From an uncultured Bacilli bacterium (GTDB lineage Bacteria; Bacillota_I; Bacilli_A; RF39; UBA660): a stretch of DNA of 64,000 bases. Every line of letters starts with the position of its first letter. Position 1 is the stretch's first letter. The notes under the pieces are model-generated. The model was not told where the DNA came from, did not search any database, and saw nothing but the letters and a program-made list of their open reading frames with translations. The DNA lies in NCBI GenBank assembly GCA_944350495.1, contig CALVOZ010000006.1:12648-76647 (forward strand), in the 5' to 3' direction. A program made the position numbers and the translations under genes. Below are positions 46,784 through 57,642 of the stretch, one piece after another.

Positions 46784-48736
46784 ATGAAAATATTAAAAAA
46801 AATAATGAAATATAGTTGTTTTCTCTTCTTCTTTTTAGTATTTATTTATATTGGATTAAATATTTATGCCAAATATACAACTAAACTAGTTATTAAAAAT
46901 TTTAAACAGCACCTCATTTATGATACAAATGAAGAATTAGTAAAAGATTTAAGTGAAGCTTGGGTATCATTAGATAATATATCACCAAATGTAATAAATG
47001 CAACAATTGCGATTGAAGATAAGAAATTTTATGATCACCGCGGATTTGATTATTTAAGAATTATTAAATCAATGTTTATTAACATTCAAAGTGGGAGTGC
47101 TAAACAAGGTGCTTCAACTATTACACAGCAATTAGCTAAAAATTTATATTTATCGTTTGATAAAACTTGGGAAAGAAAAATAAAAGAAGCCTGGCTAACT
47201 ATTCAATTAGAAGCTCAATATGATAAAGATGAAATACTAGAAGCATATTTAAATACTATTAATTATGGTGGTATATATGGTATTGAAGCCGCTAGCAAAT
47301 ATTATTTTCATAAAAGTGCTAAAGATTTAAATTTAGCCGAAGCAACTATTTTAGTTGGAATTCCTAAATCACCCGCCAATTACTCACCTTTAATTAATGA
47401 AAATAATGCTAAAGATAGACAAAAGTTAATTTTAAACGCTATGCTTAAACAAAAATATATTACAGAAGAGGAAATGAACGATGCCTTAAATACTGAATTA
47501 ATATATTATGGAACTCCTGAAGACAATGAACTTAAAACTTTAATGTACTATCAAGATGCCGTTATGCAAGAATTAGCAACAATTAAAGAAATACCTGAAC
47601 AATTAAAAAAAGACGGCAATCTTAAAATTTATACATATTTAGATTTAGATGTTCAAACAATATTAGAACAAGCAATGGATAAAAATATTAGAAATCCCAA
47701 TATTGAATTAGCTAGTATTGTAATGATTCCAGAAAACGGACATATAATTGCTTTAACTGGTGGTAGAAATTACTCGATTAGTCAGTATAATCGTGCAATA
47801 AACGCTAAAAGGCAAGTAGGCTCAACTATGAAGCCTTTCTTGTACTATGCAGCTTTAGAAAATGGTTTTACAGAATCTACAACATTTACTTCGGAACCAA
47901 CAACCTTTGTTTTTTCACAAAATCAAACATATAGTCCATCTAACTATAAAGAAAATTACGGTAATAAAAAAATTACAATGGCTGCAGCATTAGCTTATAG
48001 TGATAATATTTACGCTGTTAAAACACATTTATTTTTAGGCGAAAATGTCTTAGTCGAAATGGCTAATCGTTTAGGAATTAACTCTACCTTAGCGCCTAAT
48101 CCCTCGTTAGCACTCGGTAGTAGCGAAATATCTTTACTGGAAATGACTAATGCTTATAGTATATTTGCTAACGAAGGGACTAAAGTAACAGGTAAGACAA
48201 TTGCTAAAGTTGAAGATATGTATGGCAATGTTTTATATGAAAATGATGAAGAAACTGAACCGATTTTAAATAAAAGCTTAGTATATATATTAAATGAAGC
48301 TCTAACTAGTACTTACAATTATAACTTTATTGACTATAACTACCCTACTTGTCATGATTTAACTAGCTCTCTTAATCATAAGTATGCTATTAAAACTGGA
48401 ACAACTAACAGCGATCATTTAATTTTTGGATATAACAAAAAAGTTGTAATTGGCATTTGGGCTGGTTATGATGACAGCTCAGAATCAGATGTTAGTAATG
48501 GTAAAGATTTAAGATTTATGTGGCGTGATATTGCCGAAAATTATCTTAAAGATGAAAAAGATACCTGGTATGATATTCCAAGTAATGTCGTAGGCACTTT
48601 AGTTGAACCTATATCCGGTGAAATAGCTACTAATAAAACTAAAAATGCCACTATGTTTTATTATTTAAAAGGAACCGAGCCGACCTATGAAACAGATACC
48701 TTAGATGAACTAATTCCAACAATAAAAACTGAATAA
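46784..48736 (+). CDS. bifunctional class A penicillin-binding protein (glycosyltransferase + transpeptidase)
   Basis: GT51 motifs (IEDKKFYDHRGFD, GASTITQQLAKN) and C-terminal transpeptidase (SGST..K). Start at MKILKK with RBS GGTGA. Confidence 0.8.
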   Translation: MKILKKIMKYSCFLFFFLVFIYIGLNIYAKYTTKLVIKNFKQHLIYDTNEELVKDLSEAWVSLDNISPNVINATIAIEDKKFYDHRGFDYLRIIKSMFINIQSGSAKQGASTITQQLAKNLYLSFDKTWERKIKEAWLTIQLEAQYDKDEILEAYLNTINYGGIYGIEAASKYYFHKSAKDLNLAEATILVGIPKSPANYSPLINENNAKDRQKLILNAMLKQKYITEEEMNDALNTELIYYGTPEDNELKTLMYYQDAVMQELATIKEIPEQLKKDGNLKIYTYLDLDVQTILEQAMDKNIRNPNIELASIVMIPENGHIIALTGGRNYSISQYNRAINAKRQVGSTMKPFLYYAALENGFTESTTFTSEPTTFVFSQNQTYSPSNYKENYGNKKITMAAALAYSDNIYAVKTHLFLGENVLVEMANRLGINSTLAPNPSLALGSSEISLLEMTNAYSIFANEGTKVTGKTIAKVEDMYGNVLYENDEETEPILNKSLVYILNEALTSTYNYNFIDYNYPTCHDLTSSLNHKYAIKTGTTNSDHLIFGYNKKVVIGIWAGYDDSSESDVSNGKDLRFMWRDIAENYLKDEKDTWYDIPSNVVGTLVEPISGEIATNKTKNATMFYYLKGTEPTYETDTLDELIPTIKTE

Positions 48737-48763
48737 AAAATAACTATCATAAGTAGTTATTTT

Positions 48764-49417
48764 TTATTCAGTTAGATCATTATTTTCTTCAATCACTGCT
48801 TCTTTAGCTTCTTTATCTTTCATAGATTTTGGAACTTTTTTATTTAAAACTTCTGAATAATCTTTCTTTTGACTTGTATAATAAATATATCCAGATATTT
48901 CAGATACAGCATAAATAATTAAGAAGACACCAATTAAATTAAAGAACTTTCCTGTTAAGATTATAATACCCAAAATAATCATTAAAATAGATACACCAGT
49001 AAATACTTTAGACCCTTCTTTATCAATACTTCTAATGATTAAGCCCAATATTAATCGTTGAATACCATTAAACATAATAAGAGTTCCAGCAATAACTTGA
49101 ATTGTAATTTTAATTATATCGGAAAAAGCAAAGACAAAAATTGCTAAACCGATAAAAAATATTGCTGAAATACAATCTGAAAATGGTAAATTATATTTAT
49201 TCTTTTGAAAAATATAAACTAGAAATTTAAAAAATCCAGTTATTAATAAAGCACCGCTAATAATATATCTTAATAAATTAAAAAAATCTTCATCACCATT
49301 GAATAATAATAATATACCTAAAACTAATGCTACTAAAGATATTATCAATGAAGTAAAATTAATTGGTTCTTTTTTCTTTGTTTCTGTATTTGTCATATAA
49401 TCACATCCTAAAGTCAA
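48764..49417 (-). CDS. polytopic membrane protein (HdeD/DUF308-like repeats?)
   Basis: Six hydrophobic segments with repeated G-rich helices. Family call tentative. Confidence 0.4.
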   Translation of the reverse strand: MTLGCDYMTNTETKKKEPINFTSLIISLVALVLGILLLFNGDEDFFNLLRYIISGALLITGFFKFLVYIFQKNKYNLPFSDCISAIFFIGLAIFVFAFSDIIKITIQVIAGTLIMFNGIQRLILGLIIRSIDKEGSKVFTGVSILMIILGIIILTGKFFNLIGVFLIIYAVSEISGYIYYTSQKKDYSEVLNKKVPKSMKDKEAKEAVIEENNDLTE

Positions 49418-49457
49418 TTATACATTAATTTATCTTAAAATGCAAAAGGAAACTAAA

Positions 49458-51215
49458 TTAGTTTCCTCTTTTATTTATTACGTCTTCTAATAATTTTATA
49501 AATTCTACTTTGGATAAAGTTACAGTGGCTTCACTACCAAATTTTCTATAACTAATTTCTTCGTTATCTCTTTCTTTATCACCTAAAATTAAATTATAAG
49601 GTATTTTATTTATTTGTGCTTCGCGCATACGATAAGACAACTTTTCATCGCGGCTATCAACATTTACTCTATATCCTAAATTTTGTAGTTCTTCTTTAAT
49701 TTTATTAGCATACTCTAAATGATATTCATTGTTAACTGGAATAATATTGATTTGAGTTGGTGCCAACCAAAGTGGAAAACCACCTTTTGTCTCTTCAATA
49801 ATAAAAGCAGTAAATCTATCAAATGTACCAAATATGGCTCTATGCAATACTACTGGTACTTGTTTTTCACCATTAGAGTCAATATAACTTAATTCAAATC
49901 TTCTTGGTAACAAGAAGTCTAATTGACATGTTGATAATGTAACTTCTGGTCCAACTGCTGGTTTAACTTCAACATCAAGTTTAGGTCCATAAAATGCAGC
50001 TTCGCCGATCGCTTCATAATATTCGCAACCAAAGTCATCTAAAACTTTACGAAGTGTATCTTCAGCATGATTCCACATTTCATCATCATCAAAATATTTT
50101 TCTTTATCTTCAGGATCTCTTAAAGATAATCTGAATTTGTAGTTACTAATTCCAAAGTCTTTATAAACATCTAAAATTAATTCAACAACCTTTTTAAATT
50201 CATCACCAATTTGTTCTGGTGTAACAAATAAATGGGCATCATTTTGACACATGCATCTAACACGTTCTAAGCCTTTAACAGCTCCGCTTGCTTCATAACG
50301 AAAATCTGTTGCAAATTCACCTATTCTAATTGGTAGATCACGATATGAATGTAATTTATTTCCATAAATAAGCATATGATGTGGACAGTTCATTGGTCTT
50401 AATACAAACTCTTCGTCATCAACTTTCATAGATGGAAACATATTCTCTTTGTAGTGATCCCAATGTCCTGAAGTCTTATATAAATCAACAGTTCCGACAC
50501 ATGGAGTATATACATGTTGATATCCCATTGCTTGTTCTTTTTTATAAATATAATTTTCTAGTTGTTTACGAATAATTGCTCCATTAGGTAACCATAAAGG
50601 CATACCTTTACCAACTAAATCATGGGACATAAAGATTTCTAAATCTTTACCTATCTTACGATGATCTCTTTCTTTTGCTTCTTCTAATTCTCTTAAATAA
50701 TCATTTAAATCATTTTCGTTTTCAAAACATACACCATAAATTCTTTGAAGCATTTTATTTTTAGAATCGCCTTTCCAATAAGCTCCACTAAATTTAATTA
50801 ATTTAAAATACTTCAATTCCTTAACGGACTCAACATGTGGTCCACGACATAAATCAGTGAAATCACCTTGTGAATATGCAGAAATAACGTTTTCATTTTC
50901 ATCCATGCGACTAATTAAATCTACTTTATATGGATCGTCTTTAAACATTTCTAAAGCTTCATCTTTAGATAACTCTCTTCTTACAATACGTTTACCATCC
51001 TTAGCAATTTTTTTCATCTCTTTTTCAAGACGTTCCAAATCACCTTCTTTAATTACTTCATCGCCTAAATCTATATCGTAGTAAAAGCCTTCTTCAATAA
51101 CAGGTCCTACCCAAAACATAGCTTTAGGATATAAGTGTTTAACTGCTTGCGCTAAAAGATGAGCGCAACTATGATTCATAATACTTAAATGTTCATTTTC
51201 TTTAATGTTTATCAT
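49458..51215 (-). CDS. thrS: threonine--tRNA ligase (lacking the N-terminal TGS domain)
   Basis: HSCAHLL editing-domain zinc motif near the N-terminus and class II motifs (FRLSLRDPE..., HRAIFGTFDRF). Confidence 0.85.
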   Translation of the reverse strand: MINIKENEHLSIMNHSCAHLLAQAVKHLYPKAMFWVGPVIEEGFYYDIDLGDEVIKEGDLERLEKEMKKIAKDGKRIVRRELSKDEALEMFKDDPYKVDLISRMDENENVISAYSQGDFTDLCRGPHVESVKELKYFKLIKFSGAYWKGDSKNKMLQRIYGVCFENENDLNDYLRELEEAKERDHRKIGKDLEIFMSHDLVGKGMPLWLPNGAIIRKQLENYIYKKEQAMGYQHVYTPCVGTVDLYKTSGHWDHYKENMFPSMKVDDEEFVLRPMNCPHHMLIYGNKLHSYRDLPIRIGEFATDFRYEASGAVKGLERVRCMCQNDAHLFVTPEQIGDEFKKVVELILDVYKDFGISNYKFRLSLRDPEDKEKYFDDDEMWNHAEDTLRKVLDDFGCEYYEAIGEAAFYGPKLDVEVKPAVGPEVTLSTCQLDFLLPRRFELSYIDSNGEKQVPVVLHRAIFGTFDRFTAFIIEETKGGFPLWLAPTQINIIPVNNEYHLEYANKIKEELQNLGYRVNVDSRDEKLSYRMREAQINKIPYNLILGDKERDNEEISYRKFGSEATVTLSKVEFIKLLEDVINKRGN

Positions 51216-51586
51216 TTTAAATCCTCTTTTCTATTTTTTTTACTTACTTTTTATGATTATTATTAAAATTTATCTAAGTTTACGCGTTCGTTTAAAACAC
51301 CCAAAAAAATTAACTAATTTCATTATTATCACTCCATATATTAAAAAAACGCATCCTTAAAAATAAGGAGCGTCTATACGCGGTACCATCCTACCTTCTT
51401 ACTTTTTTTGATAACGGGAATCCCCGGAAATTCTTTCGAAACCTGCTCATAGGTAGTTACTATATACTAGTTTGTTTAGGCTTACACCGTCCCTAATTCG
51501 CTTTCAAACCTCATATATAATCATGTCCTAATCATCGCTTTTCATTTATAAACGTATTATAGCACATAAAAATCATTATGTTAACC
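51216..51586 (-). promoter_or_regulatory. T-box riboswitch leader of thrS
   Basis: Minus-strand AGGATGGTACCGCG at 51380-51393, followed by a terminator hairpin (acgcuccuua...uaaggaugcgu plus U7) at ~51347-51375. Confidence 0.7.
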
Positions 51587-52489
51587 CTATTTTCTTAAAT
51601 TTTTACTAATCATTTCTAAAGAAGTTGTCAACTGTTTAATACGAGCAATAATTCTTCCCGCTTTAATTGCATCAACACCTGATTTAGAAGTTGCTAAATG
51701 TTCCTCTAAATTTTCTAAAGTTAAATTTGAAGTAAAGAAAGTTGTTAGTCCTTCATCCATGCGATATTGTAATAGTGGACATAATATTTCATCACGATTC
51801 CATGCCGTTAAATTTTCAGCTCCAATATCATCAATTAATAATAGTGGCACTTTCTTTATCTCCTCATATTTATCTTTAAAATCATCATAAAATGCTTGTC
51901 TTAAGAATTCTGGCCAAAAGATAATAGCACTTTTATGTCCTTTTTTAGCTAATTCATTAAATAGTGCAGCAATAAAATATGTTTTACCACAACCAAAATT
52001 TCCATGTAAATAAAGGCCTTTTTGACGTTCTCCTTCTTCGTATTTACTTAAAAACTCGCCAATCCACATAATAGCTTCATATCTATTTTTATCTGTTTTA
52101 TGAATTTTAGATATTGATGCATCTCTTAAAGTCAATGGTACGTTAAAATATTTAACATTATCTAAAATTTTTCTAGCTTTTTTATCTTTTTCATAATATT
52201 TACAACTTTTATATTCAAAACCTAAATGACCACGACTAACAACAGGAAAATATACATGACCCTTAATTCGATTTGGACAATTAACTAATCCTTTGCATTT
52301 CATACAGTTTTTATATTCGTCTGCACACTCTTCTAACATTGAAGTGTAATTTTCTAATTCTTCTTCATCTAATTTAGTTTTTTCAACTAATTTTTTAAAT
52401 ACTGGATCTTCTAAGGCTTTTTTATATTCTTTATTCAAATCAATTTTTTGAAAATTATATAAATTAATTTTATTACCTAAAGGTTCCAT
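51587..52489 (-). CDS. dnaI: primosomal helicase loader DnaI
   Basis: N-terminal zinc-binding CxxC...C region and AAA+ Walker A GNFGCGKTY; LLIDDIGAE. Confidence 0.8.
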   Translation of the reverse strand: MEPLGNKINLYNFQKIDLNKEYKKALEDPVFKKLVEKTKLDEEELENYTSMLEECADEYKNCMKCKGLVNCPNRIKGHVYFPVVSRGHLGFEYKSCKYYEKDKKARKILDNVKYFNVPLTLRDASISKIHKTDKNRYEAIMWIGEFLSKYEEGERQKGLYLHGNFGCGKTYFIAALFNELAKKGHKSAIIFWPEFLRQAFYDDFKDKYEEIKKVPLLLIDDIGAENLTAWNRDEILCPLLQYRMDEGLTTFFTSNLTLENLEEHLATSKSGVDAIKAGRIIARIKQLTTSLEMISKNLRK

Positions 52490-52496
52490 ATCATCA

Positions 52497-53777
52497 CTAT
52501 CCTTTTAACATTTCTTCTAATTGCTTTATCTCATCTTCAGTTGCTTCTTCTTCTTCAATATCTTTATTAAACCAATCTGGTTTAGCAATTTCTTTTTTTG
52601 AAGAAGTCTTATAAGAAGTAGTTTGTTCATTACGCTTTTTATATTCCTTTTCAGCAATGTTCATAGCGTCTTCTACCATCTCTATATTACTTTTTTTCCA
52701 TTGAGCAGCAATTGTTTCAACAAATGATTTATTTAACTTGTTGTTATTAATTTTTAATACATAGTCTACTAAAACATTCACAACTCCTGGTTTTAAATCT
52801 AAGTCTAGTAATAAATAAGCAATTATATTTAAATCACTACTAGTTGGGGTCCCAGTTTTATATTTACTTTTAATAAAATCATAAGGGCTTGTTGTTTCAA
52901 ACAAATTAATCATTTTAAGACGATTTGATACAACTTCTGAACTACTTCTTAAATATTCCGGTTGTTTCTTATAAATTAAACTTGGAAGTTTACCCATATT
53001 TTCAAATTGATAATATTTATTGGCATTATCTCTTAACAATTTTTTATCAATAGTATGTTTATCAGTAATTGAATTTCTTATCAATTCGATCATGCATTCA
53101 TTGTCATAATCATATATAAAAGAAATAGTCATCAAATAGTTTTTCATATCTTTAGTGACACTACGATGATTTAATATTTCATCAGGAATCAGACTTAATA
53201 CCGTATGAACATCAATTTTTGAAATTATTTCTAATGGTCTTGTCGCCTTATTCTTTAAATTATATATATCAATTGCCCTTAAAGAAGAACTACTCCATGA
53301 AAATATATCACTAAATTTGACAGTGATATCTTCATAATTTTTTAAATTAATAGTTGGGGTTTTAAAAAATTCAATTCTTCGTTCATACTCAATTTGTCCT
53401 AAAGCATTATATAAAGCAGTATTAAGGATTGGATTATTAATAAATTCTTTAGCGCTCATTGGTGAATACAATTCATATACAAAACTATTAACGTCACCTT
53501 TTTTTACATATGTTTTAAGTAGTCCTATCGCTTCTAGTTTTCTTCTAGCATCAACCATCTCATTAACAGTAATCATCATGCTGTTAAGTAATGTATTATG
53601 AGTATATTCGGTTGAGATTAATTCTAAATGATCTAAATAAGTCCATAATGTATTATATAAATTAATCGCAAGTGCTCCAATTAAAGGTTCATATAAACTT
53701 ATTAAGACTTTTCTTTCATCTTGCAATACTGTTTTATTAACAACCACAAAAGTATCTGCAGGCATTACATCATTCAT
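52497..53777 (-). CDS. dnaB: replication initiation and membrane attachment protein (DnaB of Bacillus, DnaD-like domains)
   Basis: Located upstream of dnaI with an 8-nt gap. DnaD-like repeats. Synteny dnaB-dnaI-thrS as in B. subtilis. Confidence 0.65.
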   Translation of the reverse strand: MNDVMPADTFVVVNKTVLQDERKVLISLYEPLIGALAINLYNTLWTYLDHLELISTEYTHNTLLNSMMITVNEMVDARRKLEAIGLLKTYVKKGDVNSFVYELYSPMSAKEFINNPILNTALYNALGQIEYERRIEFFKTPTINLKNYEDITVKFSDIFSWSSSSLRAIDIYNLKNKATRPLEIISKIDVHTVLSLIPDEILNHRSVTKDMKNYLMTISFIYDYDNECMIELIRNSITDKHTIDKKLLRDNANKYYQFENMGKLPSLIYKKQPEYLRSSSEVVSNRLKMINLFETTSPYDFIKSKYKTGTPTSSDLNIIAYLLLDLDLKPGVVNVLVDYVLKINNNKLNKSFVETIAAQWKKSNIEMVEDAMNIAEKEYKKRNEQTTSYKTSSKKEIAKPDWFNKDIEEEEATEDEIKQLEEMLKG

Positions 53778-53847
53778 AATCTCACCTCCATAATTCCTCT
53801 ATATTATATCATAAAAATTAAAAAAAGAATGATTTCTCATTCTTATT

Positions 53848-54054
53848 TTATAATATTACACAAATAACCATAAATGCAATTCCTAGGCAAAAAGTTAATC
53901 TTGTGATAAACAATTCTCCACCACGCTCTTTACGGTTGCTAAATAAATCACTATTGCCGCCACTCATGATATTGGCATCTCCACCATTTTTTCCACCTTG
54001 TAAAAGTACTATGGCAATTAATAATATTGATACGATTATTAATAGTATGTGCAC
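53848..54054 (-). CDS. secG: preprotein translocase subunit SecG
   Basis: 68 aa, two TM helices, LLQGGKNGG motif. Confidence 0.7.
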   Translation of the reverse strand: MHILLIIVSILLIAIVLLQGGKNGGDANIMSGGNSDLFSNRKERGGELFITRLTFCLGIAFMVICVIL

Positions 54055-54113
54055 ATTAATTACCTCCTTTGACTACACAATAATTTATCATAATTAATTA
54101 AATAAATCAAGCA

Positions 54114-55394
54114 TTATGATTTTTTTAAAACTGTAATGGCCTGATTTTCAAAACTCAAATCATTTAATATGGCATTAAATTCATCAATGTTTAACCTATC
54201 AATAAGTTGATACTCATCTAATATTACTTTATTGTAATTAACAATATTACTGTTTACTTTATTAGCAATCGAATAAATATTATCACTTCTAAAAATAGAA
54301 GCACTTTTCATTACTTTCTTTTTGCGATTTAAGTCAGATTCAATAACGCTTTTATCTTCTAATGTTTTTCTAATCATATCAAGTACTTTTTGGTACTCTT
54401 TAGATTCGAATAATAAAACGACTAAAATATGTTTATCCGTATTTAAAACATCAATATCTATTGAACCAGTAATAAGGTTTTTATCTCTTAATTCTTCATT
54501 TAACTCTGATGTTGCACCTAATTTTAATTCAAAAAAAGTATTTAAATAATATCTTAAAATATTTATGTCATACTTTTCAGCATAAATTTTATAAGCCAAA
54601 GTTATTTTAGGTATTTCAACATCAAATTTGACAATATCTTCTTTAACACAAACTATATCTGGTTCGTCATATGACTTAACATCAATCTTAGAAGTTTTTG
54701 AATAATTCTTTTTATTTTGATTTTCACGAATTACCTTAATTATTTTTTTAGGGTCAAAATTACCTACTAAGGTTAAAAACATATTAGATGGATGATAAAA
54801 AGTACTATAACAAGTATACAAATCTTCTTTAGTAATTTTTTTAATTGTTTCAACAGTTCCTGCAATTGGATATTTTAAAGGATGACAATGAAAACAATTA
54901 TTTAATGTTCGATCATACAATTTCCAAAATGGTACATCGTCATACATTTTAATCTCTTGTTCAATTATTCCCTTTTCTTTTTCAACATTCTCATCGGTAA
55001 AGTATGGATTTTGAACAAAGTCTAATAAATAGTTTAAATTTTCTTCTACACATCCTGTTCCCGAAAATAAATAAGTTGTCTTTTGATGCGATGTACTAGC
55101 ATTACAATCAGCTCCCCTTTTAGTATAGAAAGAAAAAGGTTCTTCTCCAGAAGCCTGCTCAAATACTTTATGTTCAAGAAAATGAGCCACACCTAATGGA
55201 GCATGATAGTATTCATTGCTATTTAATGGTTTGAAATCATTATAATAACTGCCATAAAGAGAAGAAAATGTGCAGTAAACATTACTCTTATTTAACACCG
55301 GTATTAAATTAATACGCATACCATTATCCAATACTTCAGAATAAATTGATAAATCAAAATGTTTGATATTATCTTTTTTCATTTGATTCACCAC
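54114..55394 (-). CDS. M16-family zinc peptidase (active subunit, HxxEH)
   Basis: GVAHFLEHKVFE inverted zincin motif. Confidence 0.7.
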   Translation of the reverse strand: MVNQMKKDNIKHFDLSIYSEVLDNGMRINLIPVLNKSNVYCTFSSLYGSYYNDFKPLNSNEYYHAPLGVAHFLEHKVFEQASGEEPFSFYTKRGADCNASTSHQKTTYLFSGTGCVEENLNYLLDFVQNPYFTDENVEKEKGIIEQEIKMYDDVPFWKLYDRTLNNCFHCHPLKYPIAGTVETIKKITKEDLYTCYSTFYHPSNMFLTLVGNFDPKKIIKVIRENQNKKNYSKTSKIDVKSYDEPDIVCVKEDIVKFDVEIPKITLAYKIYAEKYDINILRYYLNTFFELKLGATSELNEELRDKNLITGSIDIDVLNTDKHILVVLLFESKEYQKVLDMIRKTLEDKSVIESDLNRKKKVMKSASIFRSDNIYSIANKVNSNIVNYNKVILDEYQLIDRLNIDEFNAILNDLSFENQAITVLKKS

Positions 55395-56643
55395 CTTCTA
55401 AGAAAAATATTGTATCAAGTACTAGCTTATTAGCTAATTTAATGACATCGTCCTTAGTTACTTTTTCTATTATTTTATTTCTTGTCTCTAAATTATCTGA
55501 GTTTAAATATTCCATACCAGAATATAAAGATAATAAACCATCTGGTGTTTCTGATATTTCAATTAAACTATTTTTATAAGTTAAGACTGCTTTTTCTATA
55601 TCTTCTAATTCAAACTTACCATTTTTCATATCTTGTAATTGTTCTAAAATTAAAGAACAAGCCCTATCATAATTATCAGCATTAATTCCAGCATGAATTG
55701 TTACTACACTAATAAGAGGTTGACTAGTTGAAGAAACAGTATAACATAGTGAGTTTTTCTCACGAACATTTTGAAATAACTTTGAATCTGGACTACCGCC
55801 TAAAATATAATTTAAAACATTCAATACATATCGTAATTCAAAATCCGATGCTTTATCTATTTTGAAGCCTAACAATAATTTACTTTGATTAAATTCAGTT
55901 AACTCAGTTTTAAACTTAACAGCGCCTTCTTTAATTTTAGGTACATAAAAATGACTTAAAGTTTTTTTATCTCTATCTTTAAACTTAAATAAATCATCAA
56001 TTAATTTCTCTATTTCTATTGGTTCAACATCACCTACAACAAATATATCAACAATATCATTATCTAAGACATCTAAATAATAGTTATATAAATTTTTTCG
56101 ATTAATATTAACTAGATCTTCATTATATCCACATTTTCGATAAGATATAACACTATCTGGTTCTAATTCTTCAAAAAGTCTTATTTGACTATATAAATCC
56201 GCATTTTCTTTTAAAGAACTTAAATGATCTTCTAAAACCTGATGTGAAATATCAAATGATTTTTGATTAAAACCACCTTCATCGACATTAGGATTAAATA
56301 ATATTTCTTTCATAAAATCAAAAGAAGATTTTATAATACCCTCTTCTGAATATTTGGGGTGAATAAAGACACAATCAAACCCCATAACATTATAGATACC
56401 TGAAGAATAATTACTTCCGCGATAACCTAATTCATATTGTTCCTCCGCTTCAATTTCCATTAAGCGTTTAGTCGGATATTTTTTACTTGACTCAAAAAGA
56501 ACATTTACTAACATATTACGCATCGAGATTTCATTTTTTGCTAATTTTCGTTTAAAATTGATTTTTAACATAATTGTTTTAAATCTATCTGTTTTAATTA
56601 TGTGCAAATTATAATTAGCTTTATCTATTTTTGTGTATTTCAT
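55369..56643 (-). CDS. M16-family peptidase-like protein (no HxxEH; probable non-catalytic partner)
   Basis: M16 fold pattern. Overlaps the downstream M16 gene. No zinc motif seen. Confidence 0.6.
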   Translation of the reverse strand: MKYTKIDKANYNLHIIKTDRFKTIMLKINFKRKLAKNEISMRNMLVNVLFESSKKYPTKRLMEIEAEEQYELGYRGSNYSSGIYNVMGFDCVFIHPKYSEEGIIKSSFDFMKEILFNPNVDEGGFNQKSFDISHQVLEDHLSSLKENADLYSQIRLFEELEPDSVISYRKCGYNEDLVNINRKNLYNYYLDVLDNDIVDIFVVGDVEPIEIEKLIDDLFKFKDRDKKTLSHFYVPKIKEGAVKFKTELTEFNQSKLLLGFKIDKASDFELRYVLNVLNYILGGSPDSKLFQNVREKNSLCYTVSSTSQPLISVVTIHAGINADNYDRACSLILEQLQDMKNGKFELEDIEKAVLTYKNSLIEISETPDGLLSLYSGMEYLNSDNLETRNKIIEKVTKDDVIKLANKLVLDTIFFLEGGESNEKR

Positions 56644-56671
56644 AAATCACCTTTTTTCTTATTATGCGCGT

Positions 56672-57634
56672 TTATTTATTTTCTAATCTTTTTAATATTT
56701 CTTTTTTAACTTCAGTTGATGCAAAAGAGGATAAAATAGCATCACGATTAATTTGATAAAAATCTTGAATAGTAAAATCAAATACTTTATCTAATAATTC
56801 ATATTCAGATGTTAAAGTAATATTAGAGACAGTTCTGTTATCAGTATTTATCGAAATTTTTATTCCTCTTTCATAAAGCTTATAAACTGGATGTTCGCCT
56901 ATATTAGAGACTGCATTAGTTTGAATATTACTTGTTGGACAAATCTCTAATAATACGTTTTTGTTTTTTAATAATTCCATAGTTTCTTCATCTTGAATAC
57001 AATTTATTCCATGTCCAATTCTAGGTGCACCAAATTCAATTGCTGCATTTATACTTTCCGGTCCATCAGCTTCTCCAGCATGAATTGTAAATGGAACGTT
57101 TTGCTTTTTAGCATACTCAAATAATTTGGCAAAATTTCTAGTCGGATATAAGGCTTCAGCACCTGCTAAATCAATCGCACATACACCCTTTCCTAAATAT
57201 TTTTTAGCAAGATCAATCACCTCATAATTGGCAGTATCGCTATGACTGCGAAGCATACACAATATTAAGTTTGTTTTAATATTAACTTTATATAACCCAT
57301 TTAAAATTGAAGTTATAATCTCATCAAGAGTTAAATTAGCACTAACATGTTGCATTGGTGCGAAACGAATTTCCGCATAAATAACATTATCATTACTTAA
57401 ATCTTGTGCTAATTCATAAGCAATACGTTCTAAATTTTCTTTGTTATTCATAACAGAAATTAATAAATCAAATCTTGTTAAATAGTCATTTAAATCTTGA
57501 CATTTAGGTGGCGCTACCGATAAAGATAATGCTTCTTTTAACGAAACATTTGCTAATTCAGCAATTGTTTTAGGTCTAATGCTACCATCTAAGTGAAGAT
57601 GTAATTCTACTTTTGGAATATCTTTATAGTCCAT
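56672..57634 (-). CDS. add: adenosine deaminase
   Basis: KVELHLHLDGS metal-binding motif and C-terminal SINTDNR / HAGE. Start at MDYKDIPK with RBS GTAGGTGAT. Confidence 0.85.
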   Translation of the reverse strand: MDYKDIPKVELHLHLDGSIRPKTIAELANVSLKEALSLSVAPPKCQDLNDYLTRFDLLISVMNNKENLERIAYELAQDLSNDNVIYAEIRFAPMQHVSANLTLDEIITSILNGLYKVNIKTNLILCMLRSHSDTANYEVIDLAKKYLGKGVCAIDLAGAEALYPTRNFAKLFEYAKKQNVPFTIHAGEADGPESINAAIEFGAPRIGHGINCIQDEETMELLKNKNVLLEICPTSNIQTNAVSNIGEHPVYKLYERGIKISINTDNRTVSNITLTSEYELLDKVFDFTIQDFYQINRDAILSSFASTEVKKEILKRLENK

Positions 57635-57642
57635 ATAATCAC

